Notes under the pieces: model-generated | The model's input: only the letters and a program-made list of their open reading frames with translations | Database searches by the model: none | What the model was told of the DNA's origin: nothing | Program-made: the position numbers and the translations under genes | Part shown: piece by piece, positions 49,494 to 61,290 of the stretch | How the letters are laid out: every line of letters begins with the position of its first letter | How positions within the stretch are numbered: position 1 is the stretch's first letter | Source of the DNA: Gammaproteobacteria bacterium | GTDB taxonomy: Bacteria > Pseudomonadota > Gammaproteobacteria > Steroidobacterales > Rariloculaceae | Length of the DNA stretch: 64,000 nt | Assembly: GCA_050485685.1 (NCBI GenBank) | Contig: JBJHBW010000015.1 | Location: 7,733-71,732 of the forward strand | Direction of reading: 5' to 3'

Positions 49494-49730
49494 ATGAACA
49501 GAATGGACCCGACACAACCGCAGGCGTCTGGCATCACCAGAATCCTTGCCAGTCAGACCGGGCCCGGCAAAGACAGCGGCTCGAACGGCGACGCTGACGA
49601 CCAGGAGCATATGGATGAACTTCTGGATGAGGCGCTGGATGAAACCTTTCCGGCAAGTGACCCGGTCGCACTGACGCCGGAAAAGACGGATGCCGACGAC
49701 GAACCCGGCCGCGACGAGGACGACGAATAG
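49494..49730 (+). CDS. Small acidic protein with DEALDETFPASDP motif
   Basis: 78 aa, very acidic, containing the recurrent small-protein motif DEALxETFPASDP. Confidence 0.65.
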   Translation: MNRMDPTQPQASGITRILASQTGPGKDSGSNGDADDQEHMDELLDEALDETFPASDPVALTPEKTDADDEPGRDEDDE

Positions 49731-49781
49731 CGGGCCAGCGACCGAGCAGGCGGTCGGCACGTTGTCGTGGCAACGAGACTG

Positions 49782-50381
49782 TCAGCGCCTTACGGTGCCT
49801 TTCGCTGTCGTCGGTAGATACTGGTGCACGTAACGCCACAGCGTTGTCGCCACCAGCGCGTGGTCTATGCTGCCGGTGAGCAGCAGCTCCGGAATCCTTT
49901 CCTCCGGCACCAGCTCCAGCTCCGTCTGTTCCGCGCCCTCATTGCGGATAGGACCCACCGGCTCGGCCAGTTCGGCCACGAAGCTATGAAGGCGATTCGC
50001 GAACAATGCCGGATTCGGATTCACCGAACCCAGCGGGCGGACACCCGAAGCCCGATAGCCTGTCTCCTCAAGACACTCGCGCACCGCTGCTGTCTGGGGA
50101 TCCTCTCCTGAGTCCACCAGACCGCCGGGAATCTCCAGCGTCACCTCTCCGGGACCATGCCGATACTGACGCACCATGACGATCTCGCGTTGCGCGGTGA
50201 CCGGCACGATCTGCACCCAGTCCACGGAAAGAATGCGATAGAAGTCGTGTATGCGACCATCCTGAGGAGACTTGACCCGGCTACACTCGACGCTGAAGAT
50301 CCGGCAATCGATCAGAGACTGCCGCTCAACTTCAGGCCAGTCACCCACGTCCGTCCGGTTGTTGTCTTTACTTCGGTTCAA
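49782..50381 (-). CDS. NUDIX hydrolase (ADP-ribose pyrophosphatase-like)
   Basis: VRQYRHG, Nudix box GLVDSGEDPQTAAVRECLEETGY. Confidence 0.9.
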   Translation of the reverse strand: MNRSKDNNRTDVGDWPEVERQSLIDCRIFSVECSRVKSPQDGRIHDFYRILSVDWVQIVPVTAQREIVMVRQYRHGPGEVTLEIPGGLVDSGEDPQTAAVRECLEETGYRASGVRPLGSVNPNPALFANRLHSFVAELAEPVGPIRNEGAEQTELELVPEERIPELLLTGSIDHALVATTLWRYVHQYLPTTAKGTVRR

Positions 50382-50405
50382 AGGTCACCCGCATACGGGC
50401 ATCGC

Positions 50406-51894
<1,489 letters not shown>

Positions 51895-51927
51895 GCGGCC
51901 TCCTCGTCAGTTTCAATCCAGAGGAAC

Positions 51928-53265
51928 TTAGGCGATGGTGGAACAGGACGCTTCCTGATCCAGCGGCCGAAAGTCATTCTCCGCGAGGCCTTCGCTCCGC
52001 CGCAGCTCGTCCCAGCGGCTTGCGGTCAACTGCACGTCCAGCGTCCAGCCACCGGTATCGTCAGCCTGCTCGCCCCGAACGGCCTGCCACTCGAAAAGCC
52101 TTGCCCGGGCGCGACTCTTGGTCGGACCCAGAAAGATCTGCCCGCTGATCAGGTGACCCACGGCAAGCCGGCGAATCGCGTCGCGAAGCTCATCGATGCC
52201 CTGACCGGTTATCGCGGAAACCTCCAGTCGCCTCCCCTTCAGCCTGTCGCCGGAAAGATCCCCTCCGGACCAGGCTGGAGAAACACTGCTTGCCGCAGCG
52301 ACCCTGTCGCACTTATTGTACACACGCAGCATCGGCCGGTCGGCGGCACCGATCTCGCCGATCACGTTTTCAACCTGCCGGCACCGGTCTTCGTGATGCG
52401 GATCGCTGGCATCGATGACGTGCAGCAGCAGCGCGGCTTCACGTGTTTCGGTCAATGTGGAACGGAAGGCGGCGACGAGCTCATGAGGCAGGTCCCGAAC
52501 GAATCCGACGGTATCGACCAGCAGCACCTCGTCGCCGCCACCCAGCGGCAACCTGCGTATGGTCGGGTCCAGCGTTGCAAACAGCTGATCACGTGCCTGA
52601 AGCGACGCGCCACAGAGTGTGTTGAAAAGTGTTGTCTTGCCGGCGTTGGTATAGCCGACCAGCGCCACCACAGGGACCGCAGTGCGCAATCGCTCGCGCC
52701 GGCTCACTTCACGACGCCTGTCCACCCGTTCCAGCCGCTCGTTCAGGTAACGGATGCGCCGTGCAAGCAGGCGGCGGTCGGTTTCGAGCTGAGTTTCACC
52801 CGGTCCACGCAGTCCGATACCACCCTTCTGCCGTTCCAGGTGAGTCCAGCCACGTACCAGGCGGGTGGAAAGGTGCTTCAACTGCGCAAGTTCAACCTGC
52901 AGCTTGCCCTCGAACGTCGCCGCCCGCTGAGCGAAGATGTCGAGAATCAGTCCGTTCCTGTCCAGCACGCGCGCGCACAGGGCACGCTCGAGGTTACGTT
53001 CCTGGCTGGGCGTCAGTGGCTGGTTGACGAGCAGCAGCTCGACGTTGGATTCACGGACCTTCTCCGCAAGCTCCTCAACCTTGCCGCGGCCTATGAAGTA
53101 ACGCGCATCCGGCCTCTCGCGACGCGCATGCACCTCCTCTATGATCCGCGCTCCGGCGGATTCGGCGAGTGCCCTGAATTCCTGTGTTTCATCGTCATCA
53201 CAGGAGCGGGCCAGACCAATGTTGAGAAGCAGCGTGTTCTCACCGCTGCGTGGACGATCAAGCAA
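51928..53265 (-). CDS. hflX: GTPase HflX
   Basis: GPGETQLETDRR, GYTNAGKT, DTVGF, NKCD. Confidence 0.97.
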   Translation of the reverse strand: MLDRPRSGENTLLLNIGLARSCDDDETQEFRALAESAGARIIEEVHARRERPDARYFIGRGKVEELAEKVRESNVELLLVNQPLTPSQERNLERALCARVLDRNGLILDIFAQRAATFEGKLQVELAQLKHLSTRLVRGWTHLERQKGGIGLRGPGETQLETDRRLLARRIRYLNERLERVDRRREVSRRERLRTAVPVVALVGYTNAGKTTLFNTLCGASLQARDQLFATLDPTIRRLPLGGGDEVLLVDTVGFVRDLPHELVAAFRSTLTETREAALLLHVIDASDPHHEDRCRQVENVIGEIGAADRPMLRVYNKCDRVAAASSVSPAWSGGDLSGDRLKGRRLEVSAITGQGIDELRDAIRRLAVGHLISGQIFLGPTKSRARARLFEWQAVRGEQADDTGGWTLDVQLTASRWDELRRSEGLAENDFRPLDQEASCSTIA

Positions 53266-53294
53266 TCAATACTCCGAGCCGGCCACGCCGGCAT

Positions 53295-53537
53295 TCAGTC
53301 CTCGCTGTCGTCGTCATCCGATGATGGCAGGCGAACATTGCGCGACGGCACAACGGTGGAGATCGCATGCTTGTAAACCATCTGGCTGACGCTGTTTCGC
53401 AGCAACACAACGAACTGGTCAAACGAATCGATCTGCCCCTGGAGCTTGATACCGTTTACCAGATAGATCGATACCGGCACTTTCTCCTTGCGCAGTGCAT
53501 TCAGGAACGGATCCTGCAGAGACTGACCTTTGGCCAT
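53295..53537 (-). CDS. hfq: RNA chaperone Hfq
   Basis: [34 protein letters not shown]. Confidence 0.99.
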   Translation of the reverse strand: MAKGQSLQDPFLNALRKEKVPVSIYLVNGIKLQGQIDSFDQFVVLLRNSVSQMVYKHAISTVVPSRNVRLPSSDDDDSED

Positions 53538-53690
53538 GAGTATCCCCTGTTATTGTTAGTGTCTATCGAGATCAGGGCCTTGTCATTCGCGTGCGACCGC
53601 GCCTCCTGAAATCTCGCTCCGATAATTTGTTCCGCCAACGGGAACATGTTAATCCCACAGACTCAAAATATTATCACAGCTTTGCAGATT

Positions 53691-54638
53691 TCAGGCCCAG
53701 TCCCGCAGCACTTCAGTCAGAATCTCTCGTGCCGCCACCTGCTCCCTCGCGCCCGGCACACTGACCAGACTCCGGATCCATGGCTCACCACGCAACCAGG
53801 TCAGCTGCCGCTTGGCCAGCCTGCGGGTGGCCACGATAGCCTGCTCTCGCGCGACCTCCAGATCGCAGGCACCGGCCAGGTGCGCCCACAACTGCCGGTA
53901 CCCCACCGCGCGAACAGCCGGCGTGTCGGCAGTCAGATCGCCACGGCTCCACAGCGCCCTGACCTCCGCCAGCAGACCGGCGTCCATCATCGCGTCGAAA
54001 CGTCGGGCAATGCCGAGCGCCAGTGCGCTGCGGTCAGACGGAATCAGTGCAAAGGCCTGCACATCCACCGGCGAAGGACCCGACCGCCTCGCTTGCAGGC
54101 TGCTCAGCGGCTGTCCGGTAAGCTCCCAGACCTCCAGGGCGCGCTGGATGCGCTGGCGATCAGCGGGCGCAATGCGAGCTGCGGCAACCGGATCCAATTC
54201 GGCAAGCCGGGCATGCATGGCCGGCCACCCGGATTCTGCCGCCTGCTCATCGATCGCAGCGCGCACGTCCGGATCGGCGTCCGGTATGTCAGCCAGTCCA
54301 CCCGTCAGGGCTCTGAGATAGAGCAGGGTTCCACCAGTCACGACCGGAATTCGTCCTCGAGCCTGAATGGTACTGATCACTTTGAGTGCGTCACTGCGAA
54401 AGCGCCCGGCCGAATAACTTTGCGCAGGATCGAGAATATCTATCAGGTGATGCGGCACCCGCGCTCGCACGGCTGGCGACGGCTTTGCCGTACCGATGTC
54501 CATGCCCCGGTACACCATCGCCGAGTCCATGCTGATGACTTCCAGCGGCCAGTCCTCAGCCAGGCGCAGAACGAGGTCGGTCTTGCCTGTGCCCGTGGGA
54601 CCTGTGACACACAGGCATTTCAGGTCGACAGTGCTCAC
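53691..54638 (-). CDS. miaA: tRNA dimethylallyltransferase
   Basis: [38 protein letters not shown]. Confidence 0.97.
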   Translation of the reverse strand: MSTVDLKCLCVTGPTGTGKTDLVLRLAEDWPLEVISMDSAMVYRGMDIGTAKPSPAVRARVPHHLIDILDPAQSYSAGRFRSDALKVISTIQARGRIPVVTGGTLLYLRALTGGLADIPDADPDVRAAIDEQAAESGWPAMHARLAELDPVAAARIAPADRQRIQRALEVWELTGQPLSSLQARRSGPSPVDVQAFALIPSDRSALALGIARRFDAMMDAGLLAEVRALWSRGDLTADTPAVRAVGYRQLWAHLAGACDLEVAREQAIVATRRLAKRQLTWLRGEPWIRSLVSVPGAREQVAAREILTEVLRDWA

Positions 54639-54650
54639 CGCGAATGCGTC

Positions 54651-56504
54651 TCAGCGACCACGCAGAAAAAGGCGGTCCATTTCAGGAATGGTGATTCTGG
54701 TCCACGTGGGCCGGCCATGGTTGCACTGATCGATACGCTCCGTGCGCTCCATCTCGCGCAGCAACGCATTCATCTCAGCAACGCTGAGGCGCCGGTTCGC
54801 ACGCACCGCACCATGACAGGCCATGGTGGACAGCAGTTCGTGCGCAACGCCTTCGATGCGATCGGGCGACTTGCCGGACACCAGATCCGCCAGCACATCC
54901 CGTATCAGCGATTCCACCGAACCATCGGTGAGCAGCGCAGGCACAGCCCGCACCTGAACCAGCTGCTCGCCGCGACGAAGCACGTCGAAACCGAGCCGGG
55001 CAAGCGCGTCCGAATGCCTGTCGGCAGCTTCCGCCTCTGTCGCAGACACCCTGACTTCCACAGGCATCAGCAGCGCCTGACTTTTCAACCCCTCGTCCTG
55101 CCAGGCCCGCTTCATCTTTTCGTAGGTAATGCGCTCATGCGCGGCATGCATGTCCACGATGATCAGCCCGTCGGCACTTTCGGCGAGCAGATAGATGCCA
55201 GCCAGCTGGGCGAGCGCATAGCCGAATGGCGGCGCAACCGATGATTCGCCCTGGTCGGAAATTTCCGGCGCCACCGCCGCCTCACGCACGGCTGATGCAT
55301 GAAGCCGCTCGTACAATGGCAGGTACTCACTGACACGAGCCGGCACCGGCACAACGCCAGACGCTGAAGCCTGCGGTCGTGAAGCTGTCGACGACGTGTC
55401 CGAGCGGCTCGCCTGAGCGCCGAAAAGTGACGATGCAGCGGCCGGCGGAACTGTCATTGCCGGCACCGGAGTATCGATAGTACGCGTCTCTGTCGAGGCC
55501 GTACCCGTCAGCTTTCTGGCCAGTGCTTCCTCGACTGTGCGGAACACGAAATCATGGACCAGACGTGTATCGCGGAAACGAATCTCGAGTTTTGCGGGAT
55601 GCGCATTTACGTCCACCAGGCGCGGATCCAGATCCAGAAAAAGGATGAAAGCCGGTTGCCTGGACTGATAGAGCACGTCGCGATAACCGTGCCGGATCGC
55701 GTGACGCAGCAACCGGTCGCGTACGAATCGACCGTTCACGAACGAATACTGCATATCAGGCTGGCTGCGCGAGAACGTTGGCGCGGCGAGCCAGCCGCGA
55801 AGCCGTAGACCGCGATGGTCACGCTCGATGTAACGAGCGCTGGCAAGAAACTCCTCGCCGCAGATATCAGCCACCCTGGCCTCCTGCGCAGCGCGATCTG
55901 CCGCCGGACCCAAAGTGAAAAGTTCCCTCCGGTTGTGGCGAAGCTTCCACTCCACATCGAAGCGGGTCAGTGACAGGTTGCGTACCACCGACTCCAGGTG
56001 ACTGAACTCGGTACGTTCGGTACGCAGAAACTTTCGCCGGGCCGGAGTATTGAAGAACAGGTCCCGAACCTCCACCGAAGTGCCCTGAGGATGGGGCGCC
56101 GGTCGTGCCGGCTGCAGTTCTCCGCCGTCGGCGACAACGCTCCAGGCCGAGTCGGTGCCCGCCTGTCGTGACGTGAGCACCAGCCGCGACACCGACGCTA
56201 TGCTGGGCAGCGCTTCGCCGCGAAACCCCAGCGTCAACAGCGCTTCCAGATCATCCAGTGAACGAATCTTGCTCGTGGCATGACGGGAGAGCGCAAGCGG
56301 CAGCTCATCCTGCGCAATGCCGATGCCGTTGTCCGTCACACGAATAAGGCGAACACCACCTGCCTCAATGTCGATTTCGATGCGGGTTGCACCGGCATCC
56401 AGCGCGTTTTCCAACAGCTCCTTGACCACCGAGGCAGGTCGTTCAACGACCTCGCCCGCGGCGATCTGATCGATAAGCTGCGAGGGGAGCCGTCGAATTG
56501 CCAC
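54651..56504 (-). CDS. mutL: DNA mismatch repair protein MutL
   Basis: IAAGEVVERP, GFRGEAL, DMHAAHER, CNHGRP. Confidence 0.98.
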   Translation of the reverse strand: MAIRRLPSQLIDQIAAGEVVERPASVVKELLENALDAGATRIEIDIEAGGVRLIRVTDNGIGIAQDELPLALSRHATSKIRSLDDLEALLTLGFRGEALPSIASVSRLVLTSRQAGTDSAWSVVADGGELQPARPAPHPQGTSVEVRDLFFNTPARRKFLRTERTEFSHLESVVRNLSLTRFDVEWKLRHNRRELFTLGPAADRAAQEARVADICGEEFLASARYIERDHRGLRLRGWLAAPTFSRSQPDMQYSFVNGRFVRDRLLRHAIRHGYRDVLYQSRQPAFILFLDLDPRLVDVNAHPAKLEIRFRDTRLVHDFVFRTVEEALARKLTGTASTETRTIDTPVPAMTVPPAAASSLFGAQASRSDTSSTASRPQASASGVVPVPARVSEYLPLYERLHASAVREAAVAPEISDQGESSVAPPFGYALAQLAGIYLLAESADGLIIVDMHAAHERITYEKMKRAWQDEGLKSQALLMPVEVRVSATEAEAADRHSDALARLGFDVLRRGEQLVQVRAVPALLTDGSVESLIRDVLADLVSGKSPDRIEGVAHELLSTMACHGAVRANRRLSVAEMNALLREMERTERIDQCNHGRPTWTRITIPEMDRLFLRGR

Positions 56505-56608
56505 GGCGGCATTGTTTCAGAGCGGGTCCCGGTAGATCAACCAGCCCGCGAGGCGCGGATCAGCAAGGCACCGGTGCGTGCGTGCGCTCGCTTCGGTGGT
56601 CACGCACC

Positions 56609-57931
56609 TCATCCAGGGGGTATGGTCAGGACCTGTCCAACGCGAATGACGTCACTGTTCAGCGAATTGCTTCGCCGGATGGCATTGACGCTGACCCGAT
56701 AGCGCATCGCAATACCGGAAAGCGTCTCGCCAGGCGCTATCGTGTGCCGAATCGATTGCGACGGCGGCGATGTACGCGGATTCATCGCAATATGGGAACC
56801 CGGAGGCGGATTGGCGATGAAATAATCGACGATGCCGGCATAGATTGCTTTCGCAAGCCTGTCCTGGTGCTGGGGATCATGCAGCGCGGCTTCCTCATTC
56901 GGATTTGAGATATAGGCCGTTTCGATCAGCAGCGACGGGATGTCCGGCGACTTGAGTACCAGAAACGGCGCATACTGTACGTCGGTGCGTCGCATCGGCG
57001 TGACGTTGCCCATGCGCCTGATTACACGCTCGCCCACCGAGGTGCTCGCGCTGATGGCGGCATTCTGGGACAGATCCAACAGCACACTGGCCAGCGTGTG
57101 GTCCATGTCCGCGAGCGACACGCCGCCTATCAGATCGGCGGCGTTCTCGCGCTCGGCCAGACGTCGCGAAGCTTCGTCGCTGGCACCCTTCTGTGACAGC
57201 GCATACACCGTCGCGCCGCGAGCGCGTGTGTCGTGATAGGCGTCCGCGTGTATCGAAACAAACAGATCCGCCTGCGCGGCGTGCGCCAGCTCTATGCGAC
57301 GCCGCAATGAAACGAAATAGTCACCGCTGCGTGTCAGCACCGCCTGCATGCCCGGATCACGATTGATCTCTTCAGCGAGCTTGCGGGCGATGGCCAGCGT
57401 GACGTCCTTTTCGCGTACACCGCGTCGACCGATCGCCCCGGGATCCTCCCCGCCATGACCGGCATCGACGGCGACGATCAGCGGGCGGCCGCCTGGCGAT
57501 GGAGGTGGCGGTGCGGTGCGACGCACCACGGGCTGAGTCTGCGCAGGAAACAGGTCTATGACCAGGCGATGACCGTACTGGTCGTTCGGGGCCAGCATGA
57601 AGCTGCGCGGGCTGACCATCTGCCCCAGATCCAGCACCACGCGCAATTCCCCGCCAGCGCGTGCCCCACTGCGCACGCTGCGCACGGCGCCGCGGCCGTC
57701 GGGCATGACCGCACGCGCGCCCATCCGGACACCGGGCAGATCGACCACAACCCGATCCGGACCTTCAAGCTGGAACAGCCGGTGATCCGCCGGACCACTG
57801 AGGTCCAGCACCACGCGCGTCGATTCCGGCCCGGACCAGACCCGGACGCCTTCGACTGTGGCAGCCTGTGTAACGACCGCTGCACACAGAGCCGCCATCA
57901 CGATCAGAATGCGCGCGAACACCGACCTCAC
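56609..57931 (-). CDS. N-acetylmuramoyl-L-alanine amidase (AMIN + Amidase_3 + LysM), AmiB/AmiC type
   Basis: Signal peptide, AMIN domain, DAGHGGEDPGA, SIHAD, LIETAYISN, C-terminal LysM. Confidence 0.93.
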   Translation of the reverse strand: MRSVFARILIVMAALCAAVVTQAATVEGVRVWSGPESTRVVLDLSGPADHRLFQLEGPDRVVVDLPGVRMGARAVMPDGRGAVRSVRSGARAGGELRVVLDLGQMVSPRSFMLAPNDQYGHRLVIDLFPAQTQPVVRRTAPPPPSPGGRPLIVAVDAGHGGEDPGAIGRRGVREKDVTLAIARKLAEEINRDPGMQAVLTRSGDYFVSLRRRIELAHAAQADLFVSIHADAYHDTRARGATVYALSQKGASDEASRRLAERENAADLIGGVSLADMDHTLASVLLDLSQNAAISASTSVGERVIRRMGNVTPMRRTDVQYAPFLVLKSPDIPSLLIETAYISNPNEEAALHDPQHQDRLAKAIYAGIVDYFIANPPPGSHIAMNPRTSPPSQSIRHTIAPGETLSGIAMRYRVSVNAIRRSNSLNSDVIRVGQVLTIPPG

Positions 57932-58011
57932 ATTGACCTCCCCGGGAGTTGACGGCCTATCTTTGCAACATCCGCGCGCAAATTCAATATTTTTATATAG
58001 AAAATATGGGA

Positions 58012-58518
58012 TTAGCTGTCGTAGTTCGAATCCTTTTCAATATACGCCTGCAACGCCCGGTTTCCCTGTTGAGTCAGGGCTGTCAGCGTGACATGTCGGG
58101 ACGTCGCGTCGAGTATCCGCAGGGTGATCAAGAGGTCGCTTCGGCTTTTCAGCAGCGGGGCACGTTCAGGCCATTCGGCCAGCAGCCAGAGTCTGTCGGA
58201 CTGCAGCCAGTCCCTGACTCCGAGGTTCTCCAGTTCCCCCCCTCCCTGAAGGCGATACAGATCCATATGCACGACGTCCAGATCGCCGACGCGATAATGC
58301 TCCAGCAGGGTATAGGTGGGCGACGGCACCCTGCCGGGATATCCCATCCCGCGAAGCATTGACCTGACCCAGCATGTCTTGCCGCTGCCGAGGTCACCTT
58401 CCAGCGCGATGATCAGACGGTCGCAGCCGGCCCGCTGCCAGTTCAGCGCGATACCGGCGGCGAAGTCCGAGAGCGCACGCTCCGAGTGAAAGTCCTTATC
58501 TATCGAGGGTTTAGCCAT
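58012..58518 (-). CDS. tsaE: tRNA threonylcarbamoyladenosine biosynthesis ATPase
   Basis: GDLGSGKT, VPSPTYTL, HMDLYRL, EWP. Confidence 0.95.
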   Translation of the reverse strand: MAKPSIDKDFHSERALSDFAAGIALNWQRAGCDRLIIALEGDLGSGKTCWVRSMLRGMGYPGRVPSPTYTLLEHYRVGDLDVVHMDLYRLQGGGELENLGVRDWLQSDRLWLLAEWPERAPLLKSRSDLLITLRILDATSRHVTLTALTQQGNRALQAYIEKDSNYDS

Positions 58519-60050
58519 CGTCTTAAAGGCGCCATCATATCCAGCGCCAGCATGCCTCGCTGCCCCTGCCAGGCCGCATAGTCGCCGGCCAGGGCATGTG
58601 CCAGCACGCCTGCCCGGGCCGCCAGTGTCGGGTCCCGCAGCTGCACCAGCAGACCGCTGATCGCGCCGGTCAGCACGTCGCCCATGCCCGCGCAGGCCAT
58701 GCCGGGATTGCCACGATCACAGACCCACACCGGCCCGGCAGCCTCGCCCGGATTTTCCGGCTCGGCGATCAGTGTGCAGGCACCTTTGAGAACCGTCACG
58801 GCCGAAAAACGGTGCGCCAGCTTGCGCACGGCCGCCAAACGGTCCTGCTGAACCTCCGCCGAGGTACTGCCGAGCAGGCGCGCCGCCTCACCCGGATGCG
58901 GCGTCAGCACCCAGTTATCGCGCTGCATCGGATTCAGCGCGGCGAGCAGATTGAGTCCGTCCGCATCCACAACCAGCGGCGCGGCGCAGCCGACCACTGC
59001 CTTCATGAGCTCCCCGGCCCATGCGCAGGTGCCCATGCCGGGACCCACTGCCACTGCATCCGCGGCGTCAATGAGGCCATGGAGCTGATCAGGACTGCTC
59101 ACACCGTGGCAGATGATCTCCGGGCGTGCTGCGGTCACGGCGGTCCGGTTATCCGGATGCGTTGCCACCGTCACAAGACCCGCGCCTGCTCTCAGAGCTG
59201 CCTCCGCAGCGAGGCGAATCGCGCCAGGCATGCCAGGTCCTCCGCCGACCAGCAACAGGCAGCCGTGGTCCCCCTTGTGAGCTGCACGACGGCGTGGTGG
59301 CAGGGCATCGCTTAACAGGGAAGGCCGCAGTCGCGCCAACGGTGGCGAGGATTCCTCGTGCGCAGCCGTGATCCCCAATCCGTCAAACCGCAGCTGCCCG
59401 ACAGCGTCCGGACCGTGTCCGAGGAACAGCCCTGTCTTGAGCCCCACGAATGTAACTGTCAGGTCAGCCTTCACGACCGGCCCATGCGGCAGGCCGGTAT
59501 CAGCGTTCAGCCCACTGGGTACATCGAGGGCGAGCACCGGTCTGGCAGCGGCATTGACCATACTCACTGCAGCGGCGAATGGCGCGCTCAGCGGACGTGA
59601 CACGCCGGTGCCCAGCAGGGCGTCCACGATTACCTCGGCCTGCGGGGAGGGCGCCGTGTCATGACTGAACATCTCTATTGGAACCTCAGCGGCAATGCAG
59701 TCCTGCCAGGCCCGCGCCGCATCGCCCTTAAGCCGCTCAGGTTCGCAGACAGCCACCACCTGCACCGCATAGCCACTGCGAGAGGCCAGCCGCGCCAGCA
59801 CATAGCCGTCACCGGCGTTGTTCCCCGCGCCACACACCACCAACAACCTGCGTGCCAGAGGCCATCTCTCACGCAAGACCTGAAGCGCAGCCCGCGCGGC
59901 GCGGCACATCAACTCATATCCGGGCACACCAAGCTCGTCGATAGCGTGGCGGTCCATGGATTTCACCTGATCCACGCTGAACACGGATTCCGGCAGCACA
60001 TCGGAAGTGTGTCGGCGTCGTCGGAACCGGTGGATCGACCGCATTTTCAT
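58500..60050 (-). CDS. nnr: Bifunctional NAD(P)H-hydrate epimerase/dehydratase
   Basis: GAGNNAGDG, DALLGTG, DVPSG, HKGDHG, DADGLN, TPHPGE, GMGDVL. Start trimmed to ATG 60050 (alternatives 60044, 59999). Confidence 0.95.
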   Translation of the reverse strand: MKMRSIHRFRRRRHTSDVLPESVFSVDQVKSMDRHAIDELGVPGYELMCRAARAALQVLRERWPLARRLLVVCGAGNNAGDGYVLARLASRSGYAVQVVAVCEPERLKGDAARAWQDCIAAEVPIEMFSHDTAPSPQAEVIVDALLGTGVSRPLSAPFAAAVSMVNAAARPVLALDVPSGLNADTGLPHGPVVKADLTVTFVGLKTGLFLGHGPDAVGQLRFDGLGITAAHEESSPPLARLRPSLLSDALPPRRRAAHKGDHGCLLLVGGGPGMPGAIRLAAEAALRAGAGLVTVATHPDNRTAVTAARPEIICHGVSSPDQLHGLIDAADAVAVGPGMGTCAWAGELMKAVVGCAAPLVVDADGLNLLAALNPMQRDNWVLTPHPGEAARLLGSTSAEVQQDRLAAVRKLAHRFSAVTVLKGACTLIAEPENPGEAAGPVWVCDRGNPGMACAGMGDVLTGAISGLLVQLRDPTLAARAGVLAHALAGDYAAWQGQRGMLALDMMAPLRRWLNPR

Positions 60051-60173
60051 GCGGGTGATTATACTTTGGCGCAGCAGCAGTCCGTCCTTTCTGTCGAAAC
60101 GCAGCACCCCGTATCGACCCGAACCGACCAGGATCCATGACACACCAGACCGAAGAGAGGTACATGGCCGAAG

Positions 60174-61259
60174 ATGTCTCCGCCTGAAGCAGAGAAGCTG
60201 ACCGAAATCGCAGACACGATCAGAGCTGATGCCAGGGCACTTGGTTTCGAGCAGATCGGGATCAGCGGCGTGCATCTGGACGAGGATGAACGGTACCTGA
60301 TGCGCTGGCTGTCCTTGAACCGGCACGGCGAAATGGGTTACATGGCCAGGCACGGCACAAAGCGCGCCCGTCCGGCGGAACTGGTGCCGGACACCGTGCG
60401 CGTCATCAGCGCCCGCATGAACAACTGGCCTTCGGACAGCACACCGGCGGACGACATTCTGGCCGATGCCGATCGCGCCTATATATCCCGCTATGCCCTG
60501 GGCCGCGATTATCACAAGGTGATGCGGCGCCGTCTGCAGCATCTTGCCAGCTCTGTGGAATCGCTTGTGGGCAGCTTCGGCTATCGTGTATTCGTCGACA
60601 GTGCGCCCGTGCTGGAGAAAGCAATCGCGCGTAATGGCGGTCTGGGCTGGATAGGCAAACACACGAACCTGATCAACCGCAACGCCGGCTCATGGTTCTT
60701 TCTTGGCGAAATCTTCACCGACCTGCCGCTGCCCGAAGACCGGCCGGCTCGCAATCACTGCGGCACCTGCCGAGCGTGCCTGGACATCTGCCCGACCAGA
60801 GCCATCGTTGCTCCGTATGAACTCGATGCAAGACGCTGTATCTCTTATCTGACGATAGAACTGAAAGGCAGCATTCCGGAAGAGTTCAGGCGCCCTATCG
60901 GCAATCGCATTTTCGGCTGTGACGACTGTCAGCTGGTTTGCCCATGGAACAAGTTTGCAGGTACCGCAAAGCTGGCCGATTTCTCGGTGCGCCATGGTCT
61001 GGATGCGGCGCGCCTGACGGAGCTTTTTGCGTGGAGCGAAGAGGATTGGCGCACGAGGACTGAAGGCAGCGCCCTGCGCCGGCCCGGCTATGAGGGATGG
61101 TTACGAAACATCGCTGTGGCGCTTGGAAACGCCACCGACACGGAACGCGCGCGAAAAGCTCTCATGCAACGAAAGGATCATTCATCGGAAGTCGTGCGCG
61201 AACATGTTCGCTGGGCTCTGAAAGAACTCGAACAACGCGGTACGCAGTCGGCGGATTGA
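60174..61259 (+). CDS. queG: Epoxyqueuosine reductase
   Basis: SRYALGRDYH, DSAPVLEK, CGTCRACLDICPT, GCDDCQLVCPWN. Confidence 0.97.
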   Translation: MSPPEAEKLTEIADTIRADARALGFEQIGISGVHLDEDERYLMRWLSLNRHGEMGYMARHGTKRARPAELVPDTVRVISARMNNWPSDSTPADDILADADRAYISRYALGRDYHKVMRRRLQHLASSVESLVGSFGYRVFVDSAPVLEKAIARNGGLGWIGKHTNLINRNAGSWFFLGEIFTDLPLPEDRPARNHCGTCRACLDICPTRAIVAPYELDARRCISYLTIELKGSIPEEFRRPIGNRIFGCDDCQLVCPWNKFAGTAKLADFSVRHGLDAARLTELFAWSEEDWRTRTEGSALRRPGYEGWLRNIAVALGNATDTERARKALMQRKDHSSEVVREHVRWALKELEQRGTQSAD

Positions 61260-61290
61260 CGGCAGAACAGCAGTCAGCCCGCAGCGACAG

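Noticed and set aside
58500-60662. 720-aa extended Nnr ORF from the track
   Set aside because: The N-terminal ~200 aa are antisense to queG; Nnr homology begins near 60050-59999.
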